From Anthoceros angustus (taxonomy: Eukaryota; Plantae; Anthocerotophyta), in the NCBI GenBank assembly GCA_010909165.1, contig MU008158.1:1699478-1763477 (forward strand): a DNA stretch of 64,000 nt, read 5' to 3'. This document shows positions 37,161-49,585 of this stretch, in pieces. Both the position numbers and the translations under genes were made by a program. Each line of letters starts with the position of its first letter. Within the stretch, counting starts at the first letter, position 1. A model generated the notes under the pieces. That model did not search any database, had not been told where the DNA came from, and was given only the letters and a program-made list of their open reading frames with translations.

Positions 37161-38079
37161 GTGCCCCTCTCCCCTCCCTCACTCAGGCAGAAGAGAATCC
37201 CAGGCTGCGCTCCAGTGTGGGCGGCGTCCTGGAAACGATGCAGATACAACAACGGCCCAGCAAGCCAGCCTCATACCCCTGACTCTCCCGCCCATCCAGG
37301 ACGGTCATCCCGTGAGCAATCTTGTGCCACCGGGCATGGAAACCAGCAACTGTCTACTGGTAGGACAAGTGTGTCTCCATCCTACCACATTCCGATATAT
37401 CACAACCAAATACGAACGGTGGCCGGGTCTAGGCTGCAGCTGCTGCTGCCAACCATTCCCACGCTGCTCCTTGGAGCATCTCTTGCGGGGTGCTGGCTAA
37501 CCGCTTCCAGCTCTTGCTGGGCATCATAGACACGTTGAGTCCACACCTCCCGACAGAAGTCGACCTTTTGCATTTGGCATCGTTTGATGGACATACAAAG
37601 CATATACATATCTAAGGTTGCAAGCATGGTGTCACCTGAATGAGGCTTACTTTTCTTTCCGATACGATTCAGGTGACAAAGTAGGTACCTAGTCTGGTAG
37701 GTACTGCCAACAACGTACGTATGTATTTGCTAGGGCATGGTTTGACAGCATGGGAAGGTACAACAGATATCATCAGTCTTGATGGTTCCAAGCATGGTGT
37801 GCAGCATGGGAGGAGATCAAATGTCCGTTGTCTGTGCAAACGAAGTGTGTGAGCTGATGGCCGAACAATGCATCTGCGGAATTGAGGAATCATCACTTGT
37901 TCACGAAGAGCAGACATAGAATTCATCTGGGGCGCTACTTCAAAAAAAGAGACTTGTGGGTTAGAACTTGCTTACCGCGTCATGAAAGCGCGAGCTGTGA
38001 CCTCGTGACTGACCGGCCGCACGTCCGAATCATCTCGTCAAATAGACTTGCGGAAAGCTGGTCGAATAGGAGCGCAAGC

Positions 38080-39525
38080 ATGGGAGGATGGATTCGGCTT
38101 CTGGTCGGGGCCCTGGTGTCCTTTTGTTCACTGCAGCTTTGCGCAGCCTACGCCCCAGGGGACGTCGTGCCCATGTCGCGAAAGGGCCAGTATCACACTG
38201 TAAGTGTTTCTCTGAACGGGTCAGACGACCGAGCTTCCGAATTCGGCCCCAGTTTAGGACCTTGCTGAGTGTGTGCTTCCTTGCAGTACAGAACAGAGTG
38301 GCAGGATCAACTAGGACGGCACTGTCCGCGTTTTGGTATAAACAGGGAGGTCAGTCAGGCACCACATCGTCCAGCTGCGCAACCCTGAAGCGTCGCTCGG
38401 TCAAACTCGTTGCTCACTTGCTTTTGATGTGAACTCCAGGTGGTGGTGCCTGTTCCCAAGCCAGTCGGCTACACCGGATCGGATGAGGTCAAATTGTGAG
38501 TTAGGTTTTCCTTGTAGGGTAGAGGCAGTTCATGGTCGCAAGACGGATGGAAAATGCTGTTGTCTTTGATCTGTGACCTTCGCAGTTTTCTTTGAGTTTT
38601 GCAGAGCCCTCCAGTTTGGGACTGAGAAATTTTCCACACCTTGGCTGCTAGTCTATGGCCGGAGAAGCCCAAATGTAACTATGATAGATGTAACCCTGGT
38701 GAGTTTGTTCCTGTGCAGCCAGTTTTATCAGCACTCGCCGGTTATGCTTTCTAGTCCAGATTGTCGGAAGCTCATGGTCATAACACATGCAGAAACACAC
38801 TGGAGGAGACTTGGTAGGTGTGACAGCAAAAGTTGGGGACGTGCCTGAGAAGTGTATGTCCCTAATGTACCGGATGTTCTGGACTTTGCAAGCTTGTGAC
38901 ATGACGTATTCTTGTGAGCTACTAGTACGTCTTTGAACTGGTTCCACTCGATGGTTGCAGATCTTAACGAGCATCCAGACGTGAAGATGGAATTTTGGGA
39001 CTCGAACAGGTGGCCCAAGCACCTTCTCGTTCATTACGTCTGGTAATATACGCTTTCCTCCCTCGGTCTCCAGGGTGTCCATTGCGGTGATCTATGCTGC
39101 TTACTCACTTCTGTATCCTGGGCTCCCCATGTAGGGAGGATAAATCGGAAATCGATGTGGAGGGTGGCTTTTACGTTCTTTTTGGTTCTGGTAAAGAGAT
39201 TCTTGCCTCATCTTTCAGTTAAGTTCATTTTGAGAGCAATATCGGAGGGCACCTGGGAATGTGCCTTGCTTATCTTATTCTAATAGTCTTGTGAACTTAC
39301 ATTGCAGCGTTTGTTTTCTTCCTAATCACTTCACTCACCATACTCCAGTCGTCACAGGAGAAACTAGCCAGGTTAGAAGTGTTTTTATATATTGTCACAC
39401 TGAGAATGTGCTTGTGCTTCCTCTGCATTCTTCCATTATCGATGCTTGCTCTCTCCTCTTGCAGATTTGTGAAGGACAATGTGATAGAAACGGGCATGCC
39501 GGTGCCCGTCGAGAAGGTTGAATAA
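38080..39525 (+). CDS. Conserved plant membrane protein, NPU-like (No Primexine and plasma membrane Undulation), multi-exon
   Basis: Signal peptide + AYAPGDVVPMSRKGQYH..RTEWQDQLGRHCPRFGINREV..PKPVGYTG...FWDSNRWPKHLLVHY.WE.KSEIDV..GFYVLFGS..TM..LQSSQEKLARFV, recalled as similar to Arabidopsis NPU. Confidence 0.75.
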
Positions 39526-40138
39526 GACTAGTTTGCTGCCGAGGTGTTCACGTATGCGTACCTGTAATCTGCATGGTGACAAGCTCTTTCAAATGCATTG
39601 GTCTCCTGCACTGGGAGCTGTGCGTTCCCCGCATCCTCTTTCTCTGATTTTGCGATCAGGGACACTGGCACGTTACGTGGAACATCCGGATCAAAGTCCT
39701 CTAATATTTTTGCTCGTTTAAAATATGAGAAAACATCGAAATTCCTTTGTACCGGACCTGCCGCAACCACTTCGGCCGGCGGCTGTTCCTTTGGAAGGCG
39801 TTGTCCCTTCGAGCTTATCACGTGCTAAGACAGGGCGACAGTTGAGACCAGCAAAGGGAGATGAGCTTGCGAGAATCGATGTGTCGGTTTGAAACTTTTC
39901 TTGTGTTACATGAATTGCAATACGGCGGGCATTCCCCCCTGGAAGGTGTTGGAGTATGTAGCTATACAGTACAATCAATACATACCTATCTGTCCAATCC
40001 TGTCGACCCCAGCCGCAGCCAATCGGTTAGTTGCCATGCTGATCATTGTTCACAGTCCCTGTCTGACGGCGCCCACATCCGGTGAAATGACACCATTTCA
40101 CCTTTAAGGGCCCCGGTTGTTTTTCTAGATCTTCGTGC

Positions 40139-42739
40139 TCACGGTCGGCCCTTACAACTGCAACAACCAGCGGCGAATCGATGCGCACGGTACCCATCCC
40201 TTACAACAATGTCTCTCTTTTCAACCCTTGACATAATCTCTGTGGAAGTGTGGCAGTCACTGCACATGCGTAGATTCTTCGTTACCAGCAGAGGTGTTCC
40301 ACTTGGAGTGTTCAAAAGACCAAAAGCCAGAGCCAGCTTTTCAGCATGCCCGCAAAGCACATCTTCCTTTTCCTTCTCACACAGTGGCTTCAACACCAAC
40401 TTTGTGTGTGGTACGTGGCCCCCTTCCTGCTTCAGACGTGAATTCATGCTCTCCACCTCCTGCGCAATATCATCTCTGTTTTCTCCCACCGCAAACGTAT
40501 GCACCAGCTTCTTCACCTCAATGCTCGCTAATGCAGGTTTCTTGTAAGCTCCTGCTACCGTCCTCTGTGTTTCAATCCTCTCTACATCGGTCCACCTACC
40601 TGCATCTGCATAGGCATTGGCCATGAGCACATATGCCGATGCACTTTGAGGCTCCAGTCTAACGAGACTTTCAAAACACCGTGTCGCCCTTTCTACATCC
40701 CCGTGACTCTTGCAAGCATTCAGTAAAGACGTCAACCCCACAACATTGCTTTGGCTCCCACATGACAATAGCATGTTCTCTGCCTCATCTAAATGGCCTG
40801 CACGCCCTAGAAGATCAATCATGCAAGTGTAATGCTCAATAGTAGGTTTGATGCCATGCTGTTCAACCATAGAATCAAAGTGCTTGCGACCCTCGTCCAC
40901 GAGTCCCTCATGACTGCATGCTACTAAAAGACAAGTGAAAGTAGCATCATCTGGCTGAACACCAGCGACTAACATCTCCTCAAAGTAAGCTAGTGCTTTG
41001 TGACCATCATCACAAGTCCCACACCCAGCTATCAGCGCCGTCCATGTCACCACATTTTTTGAGGCCAAGCTGTCAAAAACCTGCCGTGCCTCTTTCAGAT
41101 CGCCACATTTTGCATACATGTCCACCAGGCAGGTGCCCAGCATAACGTTACCTAGCAGTCCCCTTTCAACAATCTGTGAGTGCAGGTGCATGCCTGTCTG
41201 TATGGCACCAGCGCTTGCGCAGGCCTTCAGAAGGCAAGCAAAAGTAACATGGTCAGCCACAATCAGACTCTCCTGCTCCATTTGACCATACACGACTAGC
41301 GCCTCTTCCTCAAGCCCTTGCTGTGCATATCCCGAAATCAGGGCATTCCATGTCACCACATCCTTTCTGGGCAAGCCGTCAAAAACTTGGCGTGCATCGT
41401 TGAGTTTGCCACATTTCGCATACATGTCCACCAGGCAGTTGCCCAACACTATGTTATCCAGCTGCCCACTTTCCACAATCTGCGAGTGCAGCTGCCTGCC
41501 CTTATGTATGGCACCAGTGCTTGCACAGGCCTTCAGGAGGCAAGCAAAAGTAAGAGCGTTAGCCACAAACCGGCCCTCTTGCTCCATTTGTCCATACAGA
41601 ACAAGCGCCTCTTGGCCGAGCCCTTGCTGGGCATACCCACCAATCAGGGCCGTCCATGCAGCTATGTTTTTTGCGGCCAAGCTGTCAAAGGCCCGGCGTG
41701 CATCTGCCAGGTCGCCACACTTTGCATACATGTCCACCAGGCAGGTGCCAACAAACAAGTTGGGAGGAATGCCACTTTGCAAAAAATCCTGGTGCACTTG
41801 TCTGCCAGATTCCAAGTCAGCTGCGAATGCACAAGCTTGAAGGGCCGCTACAAAGACGTGCGCATCCTCCTTCACGCCTGACCTACGCATCTCATGGTAC
41901 AGTTGTATGGCCTTGTTAGGCTTCCCATGTTTAGCATGTGCGGAGATTATGGAACCCCACATGAACGCATCTGGTGTGCCTACCCTGGTGAACACATCCA
42001 TGGCCTCCTGTAGCCTACCTCCACATGCATACATGCGCAAGATATGGTTCCCCAAGTATGTATTGGATTGGTACCCGAGTTTGACAGTGAGATCATGAAC
42101 TTGTTGCCCTACAACCAGATCCCTCTTAGCTGTACATAGTTTTAGCACAGTGTAAAACAGAGACACAGAAATAGGACAGTGTGCCTGCGCCAGAGCCTCC
42201 AAGGCTCCAACGGCTTCAGTAAGCTTCCCCTGCTGACATAAAGTGCTCACGGTTACAGGAGTTAAGATGCTCATTTCCGATCCTGCACGCCTGCCAGGCT
42301 TGGGCTTATCTGCAAAGCTCCATTTGGAAGGAGAGGCACCATGACCCATCTGGACATCCCAAGAAACGAGCTGCTCATCCACCCAAGCTGGCTTGAACAA
42401 GCTGTTTAACCAGAGGACCTCGCGAGATCCTTTACGCCGGAAGTCAGGCGAACGGGAGCTCTTCTTATCTCTTCTGTTGTCCCACCACATGGTAGGGTCC
42501 AGAAAGAATTGTTGCCACAAGAGCTCCTGCTCGTGGCAACGCCCATCGCTGGAATGTCCTTGCCCACCTACAGATTTTTTCGGAAGTTGAACTGCTGGGA
42601 TACTTACACTGGAGGCTTGGTTGTCTCCCAGCGGTTGACTCCCTGAAGTGAGGTGAGCGGGAGCTGCTCGTAGAATCCCTGAACACCCACCACCTTCTTG
42701 TTGTGTCCACAACGGGTCCGGTGGCCATACCGTGGCCAT
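40139..42739 (-). CDS. PLS-class PPR protein C with N-terminal PDF-like motif and DYW:KP GRP-type domain; 14 PPR motifs; intact and intronless
   Basis: KPALASIEV, HAEKLA, CSDCH, CCSCKGRP*; close paralog of PPR A. The ORF is open to 42808; the ATG at 42739 aligns with the PPR A start. Confidence 0.93.
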   Translation of the reverse strand: MATVWPPDPLWTQQEGGGCSGILRAAPAHLTSGSQPLGDNQASSVSIPAVQLPKKSVGGQGHSSDGRCHEQELLWQQFFLDPTMWWDNRRDKKSSRSPDFRRKGSREVLWLNSLFKPAWVDEQLVSWDVQMGHGASPSKWSFADKPKPGRRAGSEMSILTPVTVSTLCQQGKLTEAVGALEALAQAHCPISVSLFYTVLKLCTAKRDLVVGQQVHDLTVKLGYQSNTYLGNHILRMYACGGRLQEAMDVFTRVGTPDAFMWGSIISAHAKHGKPNKAIQLYHEMRRSGVKEDAHVFVAALQACAFAADLESGRQVHQDFLQSGIPPNLFVGTCLVDMYAKCGDLADARRAFDSLAAKNIAAWTALIGGYAQQGLGQEALVLYGQMEQEGRFVANALTFACLLKACASTGAIHKGRQLHSQIVESGQLDNIVLGNCLVDMYAKCGKLNDARQVFDGLPRKDVVTWNALISGYAQQGLEEEALVVYGQMEQESLIVADHVTFACLLKACASAGAIQTGMHLHSQIVERGLLGNVMLGTCLVDMYAKCGDLKEARQVFDSLASKNVVTWTALIAGCGTCDDGHKALAYFEEMLVAGVQPDDATFTCLLVACSHEGLVDEGRKHFDSMVEQHGIKPTIEHYTCMIDLLGRAGHLDEAENMLLSCGSQSNVVGLTSLLNACKSHGDVERATRCFESLVRLEPQSASAYVLMANAYADAGRWTDVERIETQRTVAGAYKKPALASIEVKKLVHTFAVGENRDDIAQEVESMNSRLKQEGGHVPHTKLVLKPLCEKEKEDVLCGHAEKLALAFGLLNTPSGTPLLVTKNLRMCSDCHTSTEIMSRVEKRDIVVRDGYRAHRFAAGCCSCKGRP
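42369..42527 (-). other. PDF-like motif (OSB-type ssDNA-binding repeat) in PPR C
   Basis: ELLWQQFFLDPTMWWDNRRDKKSSRSPDFRRKGSREVLWLNSLFKPAWVDEQL. Confidence 0.8.
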
Positions 42740-45700
42740 TTCACAGACCGCTCTCGGAAAATGAGGCGCATAACATAGAAATGTACATACATACATATGT
42801 GTTTTCATGTCACCTGGTAGATATGTGAATATTTAGACCGTGGCAGGATGCCTAGGCAGCCCACGTCAACCTGCAAATCTCATCGGCAAATTCCAATGCA
42901 AACATGCGAACAATTTATGTCAATTTCATCGTACATAGGTATGTGGTCTCGCGCTTACCAACCCGTGAATATTTATAAAATCTTTGGATACCACTACTTA
43001 AATTTTCTCTGGATAATGTAGGGTGACTATCTTGGAAACATATGGGGCGATGGGGAAACATATGGGAAGAAGGAAGACGGAAGACGGAAGACGGAAGTAC
43101 TCTTTATCGCTCTCCTCCCATTATAGCTAGTGGTCGTCTTGAAACACTATATTTTGACAAGATAAAATTTGTGTGGAGGGGTAAGTCTCATGATCCGAGC
43201 AAAGGAGGATCCCTCATGCCCAAGTCACTTGTTGTGTCGCAATTTTCTCATTTGAGTTTGCAGCTTGAGTTTGTGTATGTTTAGAAATATTGGCAGGCAA
43301 CTCTTAGCCTGATTGTCTAAGACTGGGGTTGTTGTATTTTTTGTTTCTTTTTCGAAAATAGGCGTTTTTTGTGTTATGCCAAGCTCCCCCTTGCTTCCAT
43401 TCACGTAAGTAGTGTGTCATCAGCCGATTTGCTAGCTTGGACAAGCTCTTATTTGATTACCACATTCTAGCTAACGAGTGTATGTTGCACATGGGAGTGT
43501 TATACACAGTTGAGTGTGCTCGTACAAAGAGCTGTCACTAATCTTATTACTTGCACAATGGCCTGTCCTCTAGGTTGTGGCACAAGCACACTCTCCCCAT
43601 GAGAACAACACGCAAATTCCTCACGCATCACTCTCGGAGTCATAGCTTTGGCCTCCTCACAACACTCTTGTATTGCATATCTAGAGAACAAGGTATGATC
43701 TGAGCTTGTCCTTTGTGAAAGGGTCTATATATACTAGCCCTTGGCATTAGCCTATTCCTAAGATATCCTATTGGCATCAGCATATGCCAGAAATATCCTA
43801 AGAATACACTATAATATGTAAGGAATATCCTAAAGCATATTACTTTTGCTTATCCACTTAATTATTGCTAACCATGTTTAATTTACACTAATGAATGATA
43901 AATTAGCATAAGTATGTTGCATTAATTAATACTAATTACTTACTTAAAGATGAGAAATTAGAATAATTAAAACTCAACCCAAGCGCTCATTAGTGTCACA
44001 CGGCATGACAGCCATGTTCTTCACCGTCATGGTGTCGGCACGAGCCAAGCTCCTGCTACCTCTTATTCCGGTAACACTAATGCCATTCTGCTGGAAACCT
44101 CACATCCAGTCCCCTCGAACCTTAGCGTGTGCTTGCAAACTCAGTGCAGCTAGCCATGGCAACCCTCGGCCTATTGCGCCTCATCCCGTGCTCCGAGCAG
44201 TGTAGCAATGCAATGTCTTCTCCGGCATCTTCGGCACCATGATAAGGCACGGTAATGTGAGTAAGCGGATGCACGAGTGGCTACACCAAAAGGCGGTGCC
44301 GCGGCTGCCCATGGTGGGATTCCCGTAGCTACGCCACATTTGCTTGTAGCAGCGCGAGGTGGACACGCATGGGCGCGATATGTACATGGCACACCCCGAG
44401 CACATGGCGCTCCGCATAACATAGCTTTCGGGCGACAAGCGCGTGCTGGTGACGCCCGAGATGTTCTCATCGCGCGCACCAGCTCATGGTGCAGCACCAC
44501 CCGCACTTCTGCCACCGTTGCCTCTTACTTCCCAACTATAGCTATGCTGACATCCTAGTCGGAGAAAACGCTATATCAGAACGTGTTTCCCCACATCCTT
44601 TCGCACCTTGCAGCGCAACCTCAAGAATCCCATTCGGATCCCACGCCATTGCCGCCCTGGGACTCGGACCGGGGCTCGGTGTGTGCCATCACATTCTTCT
44701 TGCTTCTCTACTCACCTACATGTATCGGTTATGTAGCTAAGTACTTTGCCACTCGCTTTTTTCGTTTCTTTCTGATATATGTACATCTCGAGCCAAATTC
44801 CATATCTTGGGGGTAGGTTTGTTCGCCCTCGCCGCACCCTTCTTCACTTGGAATCATGTTACACTTGTGTGTGGCGCTGTCTCTTTATAATTTGCATTTT
44901 TCTAAGTTCATATCTGGCAAAGGGGGTTTCAAATTGGTATTCCCATAATTGTTTCTGAGTCGGTGCGAATAGGTGCCACTTAAAATCCAAGTAGAGAATA
45001 CCCATGCGCTCGATTTTAAGATATTTTTATTTTTTAGAAAGAATTAAAAAAATATTTTCATCATTTCTACTACATGTTGAAGAAAAAAGACTTTTCGCCG
45101 TCATGCTTCCGAAAAGCATTGTATCCACATTTAACAAAGCTCTACAAGTAAATATTGCTGCCACAAAGACTTATTTTTGTATGTTATCATTTTCCAATCT
45201 CCATGGAGTTTTTGAATACTTTCTAGACTTAGTATCCACGACTACTCCACATTGCATGTAAGGTGCTGAAGTTTCTGGTTCACGATGATGTCATTTGCTA
45301 CAAGAGCCACAAACTCCCCGCTCGGGGATTACTGAAGTAGGACATGAGATTGTCTCATATATCTAACAGAGTCCGATGTTGAATAAGCACAACATCCAAA
45401 ATATCTTCACGTTTGTCTCTAGATTTTCCAAATAACAAGCCTAGCAACTAAGCTTTCAACGTCACTAACTCGCTTGCGCTCAACTATTTGGCGAAAATTT
45501 TTGTCGAGCATAGCCAATGAGGAGCCGTGCACGTAATCACTTTCTCCGCTTGTGGCAATGCTTCAAATCCATGTATTTCTAGGGTATAAATTAGACTAAC
45601 ACATGTTCTAATTTTATTATCGCCTTGCACTCTTGTCGATTAACTTGTTGCACCTCTATCTCAAATCCCTCATCCGTCTTTATGGTTTCGTACATATGAC

Positions 45701-46101
45701 GTACAAGCCCCACCTTCCTCTCCGGCTCTCCCTTTCGCTCTTTCGTCTTTGTTTCGTTAGAGAGAGCATGACTTCAGGTTGGAGCGCGATGTATGAAAAC
45801 TTGTTCAGTACCCATGGTTGCGCATTTCTACTTGCGCCATCTGATTCACGCTTGCTTCTTCTAAGACTGTCTTGGCTTCAACCAATTCGAGATTAAATTC
45901 CCGAGTTTGCAGCTTAGATATCGAGATTACTGCAACCGCCCTTTCCAGGATAGGAACGTCCAGAGAAATGCTGTTTTCTCTTATCTTTACGAATGAAGAA
46001 CTAAACCATTTTGAGACAATGTAATTTTTTTTTTGACTTGTCAATAAGGTTTTACATGTAAAAAATGAGATTTTACTCTCCATTCTCTTAGTACGTCATA
46101 A

Positions 46102-47428
46102 TTATGAATATGCTAGCTCTTTTATACTTTTTATGCCCCAGTTTGAATTATGCGGAAATGTATGGTTCCAAAGCTTATGGGCGATTATCTTTTGAACAAT
46201 TTCACTTGGATGATATTGATCAAACCAAGGATATTTTTTTGTGCCAAGACACGCCAGCTTCTCACTAACGCAAGCAAATTGGCTATTGAGAGGTCCATCG
46301 CCACAACATGCTGCATTTTTTTCAAATCCGTGCTTTGTAATATTAGACATAATATCTTTTAATATGTTATATGTTGGTCCAAAGGAAAAATACAAGTCCC
46401 TAAAACCTTCACGACCAATGAATATCTCATTTAACTTACTCATAATAGCATCATTATAGTGCTCCATGTCGGCATTCACAAAATCTATGCATTCACCATG
46501 TGGAAGATACCTGAATCTGTATAATATATTTGGCATACATCCCATATTTGCAAGACCCATGATGGCAAACTTTATTGCGCCCATTTCATGTAGCTTCTTG
46601 ATCCCATCCGATAAATTTTGAAAAAGAGAAATAGTAAAATTGTTCCTAGTTTCTTCATAATTAGTAGCCTGCAACTGGCACCCTTCACTTGGATAATGCA
46701 TGAATGCCCAATCACTATAGCCAACTGAAATAAAAATGATTGATTCTTTCAAATGATTTTTAACCACATTGGAACCTAATATTTGTTCAAGATTTCGAAT
46801 TACTACTTGTTCCATTAATATTATTTGATCATGAAAGGGAATAACATCCCCAATTGATTAAGTCCCATTTTAAGCAATAACCCAGCACCAGCAGAGGCAA
46901 AATTTATGCCTAGTGATACGATACTGGATTGATTACGTGATTCGAAGGGAGATTGGTATCCACTCAACTTGAGATACTTGGTGGCTTATATGTCTATTGC
47001 AAGCTTACCATCAGTATATCTTCCAGTCGAAATATATGTATCAAAGTTTCTGCCATGTGGACCATGATTAGCTTTATAATCAACTTGACGATTTACATTA
47101 TTCCCAACATCTACTGATGAATCGTCAAATACGTAAAGTGCTTTAACGTTGTGAGAAGCATCATTATCATTATTCATAAGGTGATCTTGCGCTTTAGATC
47201 TTGCACGAGGAAGATTGCAAGAAGCATGTATATTTGGTATGCTGCTCAATATCATGCTAGAAAGTAACATATATATAAATAATTTGTAGAATGAGAAGCA
47301 TCAGTATCATTATCCATAAGGCGATCTTGCGCTTTAGATCTTGCACGAGGAAGATTGCAAGAAGCATGTACATTTGGTATGCTGCTCAATATCATGCTAG
47401 AAAGTATAAATAATTTGTAGAATTTCAT
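46102..47428 (-). pseudogene. GDSL esterase/lipase pseudogene, intronless, AT-rich
   Basis: ALYVFDDSSVDVGNN (block I, G->D), TGRYTDGK, in-frame stop at ~46986, GINFASAGAG, frameshift, GCMP, ACCGDGP, WFDQYHPSE (block V); a ~140-bp duplication of the signal-peptide region breaks the frame. Confidence 0.8.
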
Positions 47429-49585
47429 CCCATATTATATGTAAATAATAGGATACCCATGATTAGAAAATAACAAGCTACAGAAAATTATGATATAGCA
47501 CCATTCAATACATTCAAACGAATTAGACTACAAGAGTATAGTTTTTGTCCCTCTATTTATAATAAATACCTAGATATCTTAGATAAGTTTAACAACTTCT
47601 AATATGAAATTTCTCTAACATTTTCATCGTGGTTGGAGGATCCCAAGCCAACATCTTGCAATGCGTTTCACAAGGTCCCTGACTATCTAGTGGCTTTGGT
47701 GTTTGGTTTGACAAACAAGCCAAGCAAAGAAGATACGAATCTATAATATATTTGGTATATACTCTGCGTGGTCTATGATTTGTGACATGGGCAAACGCCC
47801 TTAGAAGACCTTGTTGTTTGGTGTTAGTGCTTCATGAGGAAGAGTTAATTTGGATGAGGCACATTGTACTCGGATAACCTCCCCCTCCAATTTTGTTTCT
47901 TTCCCTTCTTGCTCTTTACCTCTCTCATTCCAAAAAGACGCGTATCTACTTGCGATAAACAATACTCTTCCTACATTCTAAGAGATAATAAATACCTTAC
48001 ATAGTTTGGTTAGGAGGAGGGTTGATAACACCTTGATATACAGCACGCCTACCCTTGAGGAGCACATCAGCATTATTAGAGAAATAATCCTCCGATTATA
48101 TATGCGAATGCAAGTTTTACATTTAGCGAATGTATAAGTCACGAATTTGCAAGATCGGTAATAAGTTATTTTTCTAATTTACTAATTCGTTATAAGGATC
48201 ATATATTGCATATAACGATAATGAATTAAAGAGCAATAAAAGTTACATTAAAAAGTAGTTTTATGTTTTTGGATAAATGATGATTGAGTGTATCAAATGA
48301 GAGGATCAGCAAGAGTTGAGTTCAAGGAAAATGGTTCAAAGAACTCTTAGAGAGTGCAGATCCACAAGAGTGCTGCGCAAAAAAAAAAATGGCTACTTAG
48401 AATCGGCATAATAACCCACAATCACAGACCAAGACAAAAAACAGAAGATAGGTATATACGCGGCGAAGGCAAAACAAAAAGCAATGCCAATAGAACCCAC
48501 ACAGCTGACCTGACCAATCACACCACCGTAGAGAGTTAGGGCCAACTTTCTGAAGGGTCTTCAGCCAAAACTATCTTCCAACATAATTAAGTTACAGTTA
48601 AGAGTTGTATATTAGAGTAAGACTAAAAATCACAGTAAATGTATATTATGAAGCAATATTTAAGAGGGTCTGAGGCTGCTGCCGAAACCGTTACCCTATT
48701 GGTTCTGTTATTCATTCACTCACCAAGTGTTACGAATTTATGAAAATTGGAAAAACAGATGTCAAGACAAAGAAGAATTGGGGATTCGCTCTTCCCCAAT
48801 CCCAATGCAACTTGGTAGCGAAAGTCGGAGTGACATATAGTGTATGTTTTAATCGAAGTATAAACATTACACATTTCGTTTCGTGTATGGCGTCCTAGCG
48901 CTGGCAGGGCTTGCATTCAATTGGCTTCCGGTGTTGGATCCGCTGCGAAGCTTGTGCCGCTCTGGCGGGATGTAGCAGCACGGGCACCTCCTGGTCGTGT
49001 CTTCCCTGTGCCGGGTGCAGCGCAGTGGTTCCGTACGTGTCCGATTGCGGCCCTGCGTTCGGCCTTGTCGGTGGCGGTAGGCGGTGAGCTGTTGCGGTCC
49101 TCCGTTCCCCGTTCGCTTCCCTGCTTTCATCCTGGCTCGGTGGCCCCCAGCCTTCTTGTGCCAGTCTCCGGGCTTTGTATGACTTGCAATCGAGGGCCGT
49201 GGTGTGTGTCCCGCCCGTTTTAGAAGGTGAGCTTTTGGTGCACAGATTGTGTGGGTGCTGAGGTTTGAGTGGTGTGTTGCATGCGGGGCGAACTCAGGGA
49301 TGAAGGTAGCCTGTGGACTGACGCATAGGCGACTGATTTGGGGAGCTTCCAGCTGGGGCGGATCTGACTAGGCTGAGGGAGAAAGGAACGCTGGGAGGGT
49401 AATTTGGAACGCTGGCCGAGAGCACCAGAACTCGACGAAATTGCGGATGGCTCGTGGGCGCTAGATTGCCGATGGGTGAGCTCAGGGTCGTGAGCGTTAT
49501 CCATGGTGGCACACCTGACTACTGAGGCGGAGGTTGAAGTAGAAGGAGGGGCGGAGACAGAGGTGGCCGCTCCGAATTAAGCAGC

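Noticed and set aside
43300-45600. Short ORFs and a GC-rich patch upstream of PPR C
   Set aside because: No recognisable domain; probably decayed TE or intergenic sequence.
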